Of a stretch of DNA of 64,000 bases, positions 11,971 through 24,620 are shown piece after piece (position 1 is the first letter of the stretch; every line of letters begins with the position of its first letter). Position numbers and translations under genes: made by a program. Location: the NCBI RefSeq assembly GCF_902652985.1, contig NC_047023.1, forward strand, positions 1,674,001-1,738,000. The letters are read 5' to 3'. The notes under the pieces are model-generated. The model made no database searches and was not told the origin of the DNA. It saw only the letters and a list, made by a program, of their open reading frames with translations. This DNA comes from Pecten maximus (lineage: Eukaryota).

Positions 11971-12023
11971 GTTATGATTTTTACGTCAGCAACTGATGCC
12001 ACTTGTGTTTCTGAATCAGCCAT
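11971..12023 (-). CDS. ACSBG2: ACSBG-like first coding exon (MADSETQVASVADVKIIT); exon acceptor at 12028
   Basis: gttttag|GAATT ATG GCT ... ATA AC|gtgagt. The phase-2 donor fits the phase of the exon at 5397. Confidence 0.7.
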
Positions 12024-12382
12024 AATTCCTAAAACAAATAAAACAAAGATTAATTATTTCTGAAAATAAGACAAAAATAAAAAAATCGCATGCTGCAACT
12101 TACTTCAGCTAGCTAAAGGTCTCTGGCTATTTTTTGGTTCTGACATATTCCTCCACACCTGCCATATTGAGTTTCTCATCATGTAATCCTCTAACATTGT
12201 TGGAGTAGCTACAACTAGCTGTCACAGAGAGTTTAACTTCTATTAAAATTTGGATGGCATTTGAGACAAAATATCTCAAACTTGATTATCTTTTCCAGGA
12301 ATAAAATATGTCCATTGTAAGTATGTAGATAGGTGATCTGTCACACATTATCTGACACATTAATTTACAGTAATCTCAAATA

Positions 12383-12913
12383 AAACAACAGCAATACAAA
12401 GTCCCCTGCCTGACCCAGGCGTGCACCTATTTATTTCCCATTTTTTAAACTACGTGTTATACTGATCACGTATACCAAGTTTCGTTAAAATCAGAGTAGT
12501 ACTTTAGGAGTTGTCCGGACACACCTCAACCAATGAGAAGTCGGCGGCCATTTTGAAAAATGTTTTTTCGGGAAAAAAAATGTGGGATGCACAACTACAT
12601 GTTATACTGATCATGAATACCAAGTTTCGTTAAAATCGGAGTAGTACTTTAGGAGGAGTTGTCCGGACAAGTCTCAACCAATGAGAAGTCGGCGGCCATT
12701 TTGAAAATTGGTTTTTCCGGGAAAAAAAATGTGGGATGCACAACTACATGTTATACTGATCATGTATACCAAGTTTCGTTAAAATCGGAGTAGTACTTTA
12801 GAAGGAGTTGTCCGGACAACTATTGCGTGACAGACAGACAGTCGGACGGACAGACGGACGGACAGAGGGTAAACCTATAGTCCCCCCGTTTTTCAAAGGG
12901 CAGGAGACTAAAA
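12383..12913 (+). mobile_element. HINE/pearl-type non-autonomous element with internal ~145-150-bp tandem repeats, (GACA/GACG) microsatellite and 3' stem-loop
   Basis: Three copies of ...taccaagtttcgttaaaatc(a/g)gagtagtacttta...gttgtccggaca, then gacagacagacagtcggacggacagacggacgg, then tagtccccccg...gggcaggagactaaaa. This layout is typical of bivalve Helentron-associated elements. Confidence 0.75.
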
Positions 12914-12996
12914 ATCTAAAGTTAATTTATTTTACAATTGCGAACTAGTTACTACAGCTTTAATAATTATCAAAATTAATTACTCTTGTTGGTCCG

Positions 12997-13800
12997 GATG
13001 GAAGCGTGCAAGAAGGCTTACTATGGAAGGAAACCAGAGTTCCCGAGAGAAACCCATAGAAGTGTGCGAGAGGTCTTACTGTGGAAGGAAACCGGAGTTC
13101 CCGGAAAAACCCATGAAAGCGTGCGAGAGGTCTTACTGTGGAAGGAAACCGGAGTTCCCGGAGAAACCCATGGAAGCGTGCGAGAGGTCTTACTGTGGAA
13201 GGAAATCGGAATTCCCAGAGAAACTCATGGAAGTGTGCGAGAGGTCTTTCTGTGGAAGGAAACAGGAGTTCCTGGAGAAACCCATGGAAGCATGCAAGAG
13301 GTCTTACTGCAGAAGGGAACCAGAGTTCCCAGAGAAACCCATGGAAGCATGCAAGAGGTCTTACTGCAGAAGGGAACCAGAGTTCCCAGAGAAACTCATG
13401 GAAGTGTGCGAGAGGTCTTTCTGTGGAAGGAACCCAGAGTTCCTGGAGAAACCCATGGAAGCATAAGAGAGGTCTTAATGTTTAAGGAAACCGGAGTTCC
13501 CAGAGAAACACATGGAAGTGTGTGAGAGGTCTTTCTGTGGAAGGAACCCAGAGTTCCTGGAGAAACCCATGGAAGCATAAGAGAGGTCTTAATGTTTAAG
13601 GAAACCGGAGTTCCCAGAGAAACTCATAGAAGTGTGTGAGAGGTCTTTCTGTGGAAGGAAACTGGAGTTCCTGGAGAAACCCATGGAAGCATGCGAGAGG
13701 TCTTACTGTGGGAGGAAACCAGAGTTCCCAGAGAAACCCATGGAAGTGTGTGAGAGGTCTTACTGTAGGAGGAAACCGGAGTTCCCAGAGAAACCCACAT
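12997..13800. repeat. ~59-bp minisatellite built from a SINE body segment
   Basis: Unit ~ggaaggaaaccggagttcccggagaaacccatggaagcgtgcgagaggtcttactgt. It shares ggaggaaa(g/c)cggagt(a/t)ccc(a/g)gagaaa with the SINE at 2811-2840. Confidence 0.9.
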
Positions 13801-16800
13801 GGCCAGGCAGGTGACGTAACCCCAAAACAGATTGTTGTTGTGACTTTTAAGGCAATACTTCCATCATTTTCCTAGAAGTAGGAAAATTGAACTGAACTTG
13901 CCTGGGCATTTACCAGGAGTAGAAGTAAAACTATGGAATCTTTTACACAAGGGTCCAATAAGTGTCAATCAACTGGAGCTGAAACAAGTCTTATAAACTC
14001 AAGGATATTGCTGTTTGGTCCGTATTTGTTCGCCACTAATTATCTTGAAAGACTCCAAAAACAGTCATCTCTATTCAAAACATCTTCATTTTGATTTATC
14101 TTTTCAAATTGAAAATTCACTTTCAGAAAACATCAGATGTCGAGCAACAGATCACCAACAAATAAGCAATGCTACACTTTTTTGGCTCGTTATTAAGGGC
14201 ACACAATCCAACAACTTACGTTGCTTTAACCCACCTAATTGTGTAAATATTTTGCTGGTCTGATATCTATATCATGATTATTTAGTACACAATTCATTAA
14301 CAGTATGACCTAGTTAATTGGGGATGTGTTCCCTAACACAGATTACAATGGCCTGAGTAATACACACATCTATATTAGTGGCGATGTGACCCAGTTTAGA
14401 AGAAAATGTTTCACATCATTAAGTGTTTTAGTTTTTGCATGTGAAAAGGATTTTGTCATAAAAAAATTAGCTCTCGTGCACATGAAACTGTCCCATTAAC
14501 CTATTTCATATATATAGTAGAGCAGTTTTCTTGGCGGACTTTAAATCTTAATTTACACTTACACTTAATTTACACTAAATTTACACTTACATTTGATTTA
14601 CACTTAATTTACACTTAATTTACACTTTATAGTTGACTGTAACACCGGTAAGTGGTGATCATTGATAATAGTAAATATAGCAAGAAAATACAAAATGTCT
14701 TCAAGACATAAATGCCCCTGCTGCCACTTGACATCCTGAAACACAGTTTGGTGAGGATCGTATCAGCAGTTACGAACGGAACATGGGTAACACAAAATGC
14801 CCCCACATTTCATGGTGGAAGCATAAAATCAACAAAATGCTAGAAAGAAAAATACATACATTTGTATGTGAAAGAACAAGGAAAAATACATTCCTGCTAA
14901 GTGTCCCAACAAGAATCAAACCCAGGTCTCCGGCGTGATAATCCGAGGTTCTATACATCCTGAGCTATAGAACTAAACTCCTTCAGCTGAGTGACAAAGA
15001 CTGTATTTAACATCATGTACAAGACCAAATCGACTTACTCCTCATACACATATACATGTAACACACAATATAAATTCAATCAACTTGAAGCAAATTCACC
15101 AGACATAATAGCTCAAATACAATTTATGTAAACTCCTTCACCATCCCGTAATCATAAAAAATATGAGACACTTTGTCGCAAATATATATATATTTTTCAA
15201 TTTTATCAAAATTTATAGCCTCAAAAAATTAATGTTTATTTGTTCAAAACTTTGATGACAGTTAATAATCATGTTGCTAAATTAAAGTTTGAATGAAATA
15301 ATCTTTTTGCATGAGTACATGTATTTTAAGAATTAAAAATATTCTGGCATTTGGAGAATATTTTTAAGGTCAACTTAGAAAAATGTCTGATAATATATGT
15401 TTTCTACATGTGATGGGATACCAGTGTCCTAGTGTAATTCATGTGTCTACCTTCCCGGATGTCTTAAGTTCTTCAGATGGCTTTACTACAGTCAGAGGCA
15501 AGGACAGCGTCTGGAATGTGTTCAAGTGTGACTTAAATATGTAGTAAAATTTGCAATTCAAATAAAACAGCCATACCTCCCTTGATACTTGAGAGATTTT
15601 ACGAAACGATCCAAGAAAGGCGAGTTTTCTACCTATAACCACTGAAGCGGCCGACCAAACGTGATTGCTACACCAAAATGACAATGTTTTGATAAAGATT
15701 TATGTTCAAATATACATGTATACAGTTTTCAATTAAAAGCAAAAAAGGTATATATTCAGAAACTATCAACAGTATACATGAAAGCTTTAGCCATTCAATG
15801 TTTTTTTAATAGTATAAAATATGTAAATAATCCAAATATATTCACTGCAGAAATTTTACATGAATGAGTAAACAGCATGCAAGGTGAAAGAAAAATATAT
15901 TATTTTATCACAAATTAAGATTTTCAAGAGTGAAAAATCTGTCAAATGTGCGCTAGTGGCCATGTATTGATATGATGTCTGTATAGTCAAGGTTTGGTTA
16001 GGACAGTACATGTCCTGAGAGAAATTCAGATCATTATCCAGATATTAGATAAATAAGCCTATACAAACAGTAAAGTATTGCTCAAGGCTTAATGTGAATA
16101 CAGATGTATCTGTAAAAGTTTTATCATGGCGAGTTACACATGCACAATAAAATATTGCCCCAAGGAAAATCTGAAGACATCTTTATACACTCGACACTTT
16201 GTCAACTTTTGTGATAAATTACCTAGATCATTCTGAACATTATAATTAATTGCTGTACAATTGAAGTCTGCGGTTGGTAAAGTCATGCTTCAAGTATGTA
16301 CATCAAAAGTTTAAGAAATCATGTCATTAATACAAATTATATATTTCTACAGAAAGCTCCTCACATCTAACTGAAGATAATTTAAGATACAAATGTATAT
16401 ATACCTCAATCATACACAGACATCAGCCCTGTAGCTCTCAGTACACATAACATTATTTCAAATGAAGTTTAAAACACTTTAAAAATATATCCTTTTTTTT
16501 TTGAGGAAACTAATTGAAAAGGAAATCACTTAAGCTGAAAACATCTTAATGTCCTTAGAATTAATCATGTGACATAAGCTGACTGTTGATCACGCCTCAT
16601 TTGTCATAGAAGAAAATGAGTCGTTAGTATTTCTGTAAAACAGGAAAACAAACTAGTTCAGATATAACAAGCCATTTATATACATCTATCTGTGTATAAA
16701 CAATGTCACTATCATTCTCACTATTCCATGATAAACTATTTTATTTAGCTGTATATTTTTGTATAGAAAGTCACTAGTATTATATAAGTTTTCATTATAT

Positions 16801-16804
16801 AATT

Positions 16805-17280
16805 GACACTGACCTTGACCTTAACACCATATAATGGACAATGACCTTGACCTTAACACCATATAATGGACACTGACCTTGACCTTAACACCATATAATG
16901 GACACTGACCTTGACCTTAACAACATGTAATGGACACTGACCTTGACCTCAACAACGTGTAAAGGACACTGACCTTGACCGTAACACCATATAACGGACA
17001 ATGACCTTGATCTTAACACCATATAATGGACACTGACCTTGACCTTAACACCATATAATGGACACTGACCTTGACCTTAACACCATGTAATGGACACTGA
17101 CCTTGACCTCAACAACATGTTAAGGACACTGACCTTGACCTTAACACCATATAACAGACAATGACCATGACCTTAACACCATATAATGGACACTGACCTT
17201 GACCTTAACACCATATAATGGACACTGACCTTGACCTTAACACCATATAATGGACACTGACCTTGACTTAAACACCATGT
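16805..17280. repeat. 32-bp minisatellite (gacactgaccttgaccttaacaccatataatg)n
   Basis: About 15 copies are directly visible, each carrying TGACCTTGACCT. Confidence 0.95.
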
Positions 17281-17629
17281 TATTTATTGTATGGAGTCTC
17301 ATCACAATCAATATGGAAATACTTATTGACGTGTTTTTTTCTACAATTTTTTCATTCTTATTTCCACATTCATGAGAAGTTTCTCAATATATATCTTACT
17401 TAAAGATTATGTAAATGGTCCTATAAAATTTTACAGAATTATAAATATATATACATTGTAAAGTTTTCCGATTATATACTTGTGTTTCAGAAAAACTTAA
17501 TTTCTATCTGTATTTTTCATATTGAAGTCAATAATTATTATCAAGATACTAAAGTCAGACCCATGACAGAGTCAGTAAACAACAGAACAATAGCGATCCC
17601 CGACAAACAACAACACCATCGACAACTAC

Positions 17630-18245
17630 TGACCACAGAACCATACAAGTGTTATTACTGACCCATGAGGTCTGAGACCTGACCACAGGACCATACTAGT
17701 GCTATAACTGACCCATGAGGTCTGAGACCTGACAACAGGACCATACTAGTGTTATCACTGACCCATGAGGTCTGAGACCTGACCACAGGACCATACTAGT
17801 GCTATCACTGACCCATGAGGTCTGGGACCTGACCACAGGATCATACTAGTGTTATCACTGACCCATGAGGTCTGAGACCTGACCACAGGACCATACTAGT
17901 GTTATCACTGACACATGAGGTCTGAGACCTGACAATAAGACCATACTAGTGCTATCACTGACACATGAGGTCTGAGACCTGACCACAGGACCATACTAGT
18001 GACATCACTGACCCATGAGGTCTGAGACCTGACCACAGGACCATACTAGTGTTATCACTGACCCATGAGGTCTGAGACCTGACAACAGGACCATACTAGT
18101 GTTATCACTGATCCATGAGGTCTGAGACCTGACCACAGGACCATACTAGTGCTATCACTGACCCATGAGGTCTGAGACCTGACAATAAGACCATACTAGT
18201 GCTATCACTGACACATGAGGTCTGAGACCTGACCACAGGACCATG
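17630..18245. repeat. 50-bp minisatellite
   Basis: Unit gaccacaggaccatactagtgttatcactgacccatgaggtctgagacct, recurring at 17681, 17731, 17781 and onward. Confidence 0.95.
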
Positions 18246-18252
18246 CAGCATT

Positions 18253-18420
18253 CATTGACCCATGACATCATACACTGACAAAAGAACCACCTCAAAATCA
18301 TTGATCCATGACATCATACGCTGACAAAAGAACCACCTCAAAATCATTGATCCATGACATCATACGCTGACAAAAGAACCACACAAAATCACAGACCCAT
18401 GACACGCTGAAAAGAATCAC
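18253..18420. repeat. ~46-bp tandem repeat, 3-4 copies
   Basis: Unit cattgatccatgacatcatacgctgacaaaagaaccacctcaaaat. Confidence 0.85.
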
Positions 18421-18466
18421 TTGACTAAGACGCACAGTAAGTCTACATTTTCATCATCAGAATAAA

Positions 18467-20771
18467 TGTTATAGTAAAAATATATACCTGGTGTTATAGT
18501 AATGATATATGCCTGGTGTTATAGTAATGATATATACCTGGTGTTATAGTAATGATATATACCTGGTGTTATAGGTATGATATATACCTGGTGTTATAGG
18601 TATGATATATACCTGGTGATATAGGTATGATATATATACCTGGTGTTATAGTAATGATATATACCTGGTGTTATAGTAATGATATATACCTGGTGTTATA
18701 GTAATGATATATATACCTGGTGTTATAGTAATGATATATACCTGGTGTTATAGTAATGATATATACCTGGTGTTATAGTAATGATATATACCTGGTGTTA
18801 TAGGTATGATATATACCTGGTGTTATAGTAATGATATATACCTGGTGTTATAGGTATGATATATACCTGGTGTTATAGGTATGATATATACCTGGTGTTA
18901 TAGGTATGATATATACCTGGTGTTATAGGTATGATATATATCTGGTGTTATAGTAATGATATATATACCTGGTGTTATAGGTATGATATATACCTGGTGT
19001 TATAGGTATGATATATACCTGGTGTTATAGTAATGATATATATACCTAGTGTTATAGGTATGATATATACCTGGTGTTATAGTAATGATATATATACCTG
19101 GTGTTATAGTAATGATATATATACCTGGTGTTATAGTAATGATATATACCTGGTGTTATAGGTATGATATAAACCTGGTGTTATAGTAATGATATATACC
19201 TGGTGTTATAGGTATGATATATACCTGGTGTTATAGGTATGATATATACCTGGTGTTATAGGTATGGTATATACCTGGTGTTATAGGTATGATATATACC
19301 TGGTGTTATAGTAATGATATATACCTGGTGTTATAGGTATGATATATACCTGGTGTTATAGGTATGATATATACCTGGTGTTATAGGTATGATATATACC
19401 TGGTGATATAGGTATGATATATACCTGGTGTTATAGGTATGATATATACCTGGTGTTATAGGTATGATATATACCTTGTGTTATAGGTATGATATATATA
19501 CCTTGTGTTATAGTAATTATATATACCTGGTGTTATAGGTATGATATATACCTGGTGTTATAGTAATGATATATACCTGGTGTTATAGTTATGATATATA
19601 CCTGGTGTTACAGGTATGATATACACCTGGTGTTATAGGTATGATATATACCTGGTGTTATAGTAATGATATATATCTGATGTTATAGTTATGATATATA
19701 CCTGGTGTTATAGGTATGATATATACCTGGTGTTATAGTAATGATATATATCTGGTGTTATAGTAATGATATATACCTGGTGTTATAGGTATGATATATA
19801 CCTGGTGTTATAGGTATGATATATACCTGGTGTTATAGGTATGATATATACCTGGTGTTATAGGTTACATATATACCTTGTGTTATAGGTATGATATATA
19901 TACCTGGTGTTATAGGTATGATATATATACCTGGTGTTATAGTAATGTTATATACCTGGTGTTATAGTAAAGATATATACCTAGTATTATAGTAATGATA
20001 TATACCTGGTGTTATAGGTATGATATATACCTGGTGATATAGGTATGATATATACCTGGTGTTATAGGTATGATATATATCTGGTGTTATAGTAATGATA
20101 TATACCTGGTGTTATAGGTATGATATATACCTGGTGTTATAGGTATGATATATACCTGGTGTTATAGGTATGATATATACCTGGTGTTATAGGTTACATA
20201 TATACCTTGTGTTATAGGTATGATATATATACCTGGTGTTATAGGTATGATATATATACCTGGTGTTATAGTAATGTTATATACCTGGTGTTATAGTAAT
20301 GATATATATGCCTGGTGTTATAGTAATGATATATACCTGGTGTTATAGGTATGATATATACCTGGTGTTATAGGTATGATATATACCTGGTGTTATAGGT
20401 ATGATATATACCTGGTGTTATAGTAATGATATATATACCTGGTGTTATAGTAATGATATATACCTGGTGTTATAGGTATGATATATACCTAGTGTTATAG
20501 TAATGATATATACCTGGTGTTATAGGTATGATATATACCTGGTGTTATAGGTATGATATATACCTAGTGTTATAGTAATGATATATACCTGGTGTTATAG
20601 TTATGATATATACCTGGTGTTATAGGTATGATATATACCTAGTGTTATAGGTATGATATATACCTGGTGTTATAGTAATGTTATATACCTGGTGTTATAG
20701 GTATGATATATACCTGGTGTTATAGTAATGATATATACCTGGTGTTATAGGTATGATATATACCTGGTGTT
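18467..20771. repeat. 25-bp minisatellite (atatatacctggtgttatag(g/t)(t/a)atg)n, about 2.3 kb
   Basis: Directly visible, with two interspersed variants (tagtaatg and taggtatg). Confidence 0.97.
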
Positions 20772-21390
20772 TTAATGACACACCTTGTGCTCTAATATAC
20801 ACCTACAAAGTGTAGCTATAGGTTGGCCTGCTACATGTACTTTGTATAATAGTTTGACATCGCTGTAGATTAATATTATTATCCTCTTGGCGACACACAC
20901 ACACATATTTATATATATATCTATCATGTAACCATTATGTTATCAAAAATTATCGGAATGTTGATTATAAAATGATCGACACAAACAACTGTTTACAGAT
21001 TTACGTTCCACCAGAGATTTGTATTCCACGGTGGTATGGGCGTGTACGCCCTCGAGCTCATGGGCATAGAATTAAACCGCGCGCGGCTTGATATGGTACA
21101 CGTGTACATAAGTGTGTTACAAGCACATGTAGGACGCTACAAACAGCGTAAATGTTTCTATCATTGTCGACCTGACTATTAATATTTCCGTATCATACTT
21201 AATGTAGAACTAGCAATCTAGCGTCTTGTGTATGACATTGTTTACGCGTACTGGACCCTTTCTAAAGCCATGCCATGCTGTGTAACTGCAATCTATGATC
21301 TAAATAATTATGCCAACTTGAGTCTAGAGATCGATCTTTAAATTTAACAACTTGCTGTAACAATCACTGGACAAATTAAAGTCATCTTAC

Positions 21391-21470
21391 CTGAGTCTAA
21401 GTTGATCCACTTCTTAGTTCATTAAGTATTCGGGCAATACACACCACACGGGACAAACTTCATGTAAACA
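21391..21470 (-). other. candidate non-coding first exon of the ACSBG-like gene (5' boundary uncertain)
   Basis: A strong minus-strand donor CAG|gtaagat at 21391/21390 in non-repetitive, CpG-richer sequence. The ATG exon at 12028 has an acceptor and so requires an upstream exon. Confidence 0.4.
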
Positions 21471-21482
21471 ACTTCAATAGTT

Positions 21483-21495
21483 TGACCTTTGACCT
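21483..21495. promoter_or_regulatory. perfect DR1 nuclear-receptor element TGACCT-T-TGACCT
   Basis: Exact match, lying just upstream of the candidate ACSBG first exon. Function is inferred only. Confidence 0.35.
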
Positions 21496-22107
21496 CTAGG
21501 ATTTTTTTCATTCGGTCATGTGCTTATTACGGAAAGGCATCCAAGTGTGTAGTTATTCGTAGTAAAGCGATCATGTGTACATGATATGCCACAGTGTCCA
21601 TTTCATTGATGTCACAAAGCTGCTTACGTTTAATGACGGCGGATTTTATTGTACGTGTAATTACTAGCAACTCAAACTTATACACGTGTGCATGTGCTAC
21701 ACGTGCATATACGATCGAGTATATCTTTGGAATCAGGTTTTTTTCTGTCTTTCTCAGTCCCGTCCCGCCACCAGTTGACCACAGGCCAGTGAGACCCGAC
21801 TATGTGTATCAGTTTATGTGTATTCGGATCTATATAGTTTTAATTGTGGGTTAACATACTTCACCCACTCGAGGGTAGGTCCTGATGTTCCTGGGCACCC
21901 GACTGGATCCACCACACAGATCAACTTGCCAGTTACATTACATATATTATATGTATAATATCCTGTAGTTTTCAAACGACAAAGATCACAGCAAGAAATT
22001 ACATTATCTATATATGCATTTCTCGGAGATGTACTGAACGGAACAGGCATAAAGTACAACTGATCGTGTATAAAATGATTAATTTGCATATGATAATTGT
22101 TCTCATA

Positions 22108-22695
22108 TTACATTTATCTACGACTCACTTTATATTTATCTACGACTCATGTTATATTTATCCACGACTCTCACGTTATATTTATCTACGACCCTCATGT
22201 TATATTTATCTACGACCCTCATGTTATATTTATCTACGACTCTCATGCTATATTTATCCACGACTCTCACGTTATATTTATCTACAAACCTCACGTTATA
22301 TTTATCTACGACTCTCACTTTATATTTATCTACGACTCTCACGTTATATTTATCTACGACTCATGTTATATTTATCCACGACTCTCACGTTATATTTATC
22401 TACAACTCTCACGTTACATTTATCCACGACTCGCGTTATATTTATCTACGACTCTCACGTTATATTTATCTACGACTCTCACGTTACATTTATCCACGAC
22501 TTACGTTATATTTATCTACGACTCTCACGTTATATTTATCTACGACCCTCATGTTATATTTATCTACGACTCTCACTTTATATTTATCTACGACTCTCAC
22601 GTTATATTTATCTACGACCTTCACGTTATATTTATCCACACCTCTCACGTTATATTTATCTGCAGCTCACATATATATATCTACGACTCACATTA
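22108..22695. repeat. 24-bp minisatellite (tatatttatctacgactctcacgt)n
   Basis: Directly visible. It accounts for the YIYLRLSR / VIFIYDSH / LYLSTTLT ORFs. Confidence 0.95.
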
Positions 22696-22941
22696 CCATT
22701 GGTGTTTCACCGCTCAGATTTCTCGATTATTTCGATACGATACGAACAGGAAATAACGAACCTATTGTTATATAAATTGACATGATGGAATTATGCGCTA
22801 CTACTCCTATTTGCTTTGTTGAAAAAATGGCTAAGGCTTTCCAGTCTTATTTTTTTGTCTCTAGACTATTTGGAGGTAAAAAAAAATATATCTATTTAAA
22901 ATATATATAATTTTTTTTTTACACAATTCTATGTAGAATCT

Positions 22942-23735
22942 AAATATTTCGTGTTTACAGAGAGAATCCCTCTTTCATATGACAATTTAAAAGTAAGAAT
23001 TTTGTATATTTATTTCACCAAAATATTGAAATTTGAAAAAAAATAGTTTTGTCATGAATGAAATCATATAATCTTTCTTGCAGTGATAGATTATGATAAT
23101 AATTGGATTATGGAAGATTAAAAAAACATTTGGCATTCCTTACCACGAAAATAAAAATAATGGAACACATTATTGTCGTGTTTTTTTTTTATCGCATAAA
23201 TAGTAGTTATCTGTCCACCATTACAAATGCAGTTATTTATCTTTTATATAAAAAAGTGAAAGAATTATTATTTAATTCATAATATCAACTTTTTTAGAAA
23301 AAGAAATCGGCCTAGCAATATGACGAAAGAAATTACACAAGTCTATAAAATATTTCGTGTTTACAGAGAGAATCTTATTTCATTTGACAATCCGAGTACA
23401 AGTAAGAAATTTACATTTTCATTTCAAAGAAATATTTAGATTTGAACAAATAATTTGGTCACATATGTATCTAAATATTGGGTTATGGAAGAATAAAAAC
23501 ATATAAGATCTTCCTTACCATGAAAATAAAAATAATGGAACGCATTATTGTCGGTTTTTTTTACCATAAAGAGTAGTTATCTGTCCATTACGTTGTGTTT
23601 CACATTCCATTAAGAAACATGCCAAATACAATAATCGATTTATTTTATTTTATTTTTTTTTACATATAAAAAATGAAAGAATTATCATTCAATATTCATG
23701 ATACCAACTTTTGTAAGAAAAAAAATCGGCCCATA
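22942..23735. repeat. diverged ~400-bp tandem duplication immediately upstream of MRPS30
   Basis: aaatatttcgtgtttacagagagaatc occurs at 22942 and 23348, ttacca(c/t)gaaaataaaaataatggaac at ~23140 and ~23515, and gaaaagaattat...aaatcggcc at ~23258 and ~23675. Confidence 0.8.
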
Positions 23736-23821
23736 GCCACAAAAAAATGGCGGGACACACCAAGAGCGATAACTCGTATTCACGTACAAGCCAAGCATTT
23801 CAAAGATCCCGATCAACAGAA

Positions 23822-23978
23822 ATGGCGACAACCATGTGGAGGTCACCCTTTCGTTTCTCAAATATTTTGAGAGTTGTTATGCGTCAGAAAAAATCTGACC
23901 GATATTACTCATTGGGCGCAGTACAAGAACAAGATGATGCAGTACAATATCCACCAGTCAAGCCGAAATTCCCTCCAG
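23822..23978 (+). CDS. MRPS30: mitochondrial ribosomal protein MRPS30/mL65, exon 1
   Basis: MATTMWRSPFRFSNILRVVMRQKK is presequence-like and is followed by the YPPVKPKFPPG motif. The donor G|gtgaac is phase 1. The upstream in-frame ATG at 23747 is a less likely start. Confidence 0.8.
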
Positions 23979-24198
23979 GTGAACAGCATGCACATAATAT
24001 TTTAGGGACCGGTTTGTTGTGACACAACTTCAGAACTTGAACTTCTGAACTAAAGTAGTGTGATTAAATGAGTGTACATGTCATGATCATGTAAACTTCA
24101 AGTTGAAGTGGATGGTGTTCATCTTGGCTTGGAATAAATACTTGAATTCCAGTTTTTAAATTGTGGTACACTTATCACCGAACAATAACAAGAACAAT

Positions 24199-24620
24199 CA
24201 GGTTTGGGAAATCTGCCATTTTCAGCTATATAGCTGATTTCAGGGGGGATTTCAGCTACTCTAGCTAAACATAGCTGCTATCGATAGCTGAATTCAACTA
24301 CTTTAAATCAATTTACTTGTTGACGTGTCAAATACACAAAGTCGCACGTGCCCCGCAAAATAATCGGGTACGCCACCCTACCAGGCACGTTATTTAAACA
24401 ACTTTCACGAATATAAACGTTGCATTTTTTTACATTTTATTTATATTCGTGGAAAATGTGTAAATACTGTGTCTGGTAGGGTGGCATATCCGATCATTTT
24501 GTGGTGCACATGTGCGACTTTGTGTATTTGACACATAAACAGGTAAATTGTTTAGAAGTAGCTGAATCCAGCTATTGATAGTAGCTAAAGTAGCTGAAAA
24601 TGACATATTTCCCCCACCTG
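24199..24620. mobile_element. MITE with CAGG terminal inverted repeats, internal (tagctg/cagcta) subterminal repeats and an apparent 5-bp TSD (acaat)
   Basis: caggtttgggaaatctgccattttcagcta ... tagctgaaaatgacatatttcccccacctg, with acaat at 24194-24198 and 24621-24625. Confidence 0.75.

Noticed and set aside
12986-13875. Repetitive ORFs in all three frames
   Set aside because: Translations of the SINE-derived minisatellite.
14900-14975. tRNA-like sequence on the minus strand
   Set aside because: A and B box remnants are present but the stems do not pair, so it is a decayed SINE head rather than a tRNA gene.
16805-20771. Regular repeat arrays as a possible CRISPR
   Set aside because: The units are head-to-tail with no unique spacers, there are no cas genes, and the context is eukaryotic. 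The same applies to all other arrays in the window.
22066-22785. ~200-240-aa ORFs in three frames
   Set aside because: Translations of the 24-bp minisatellite.
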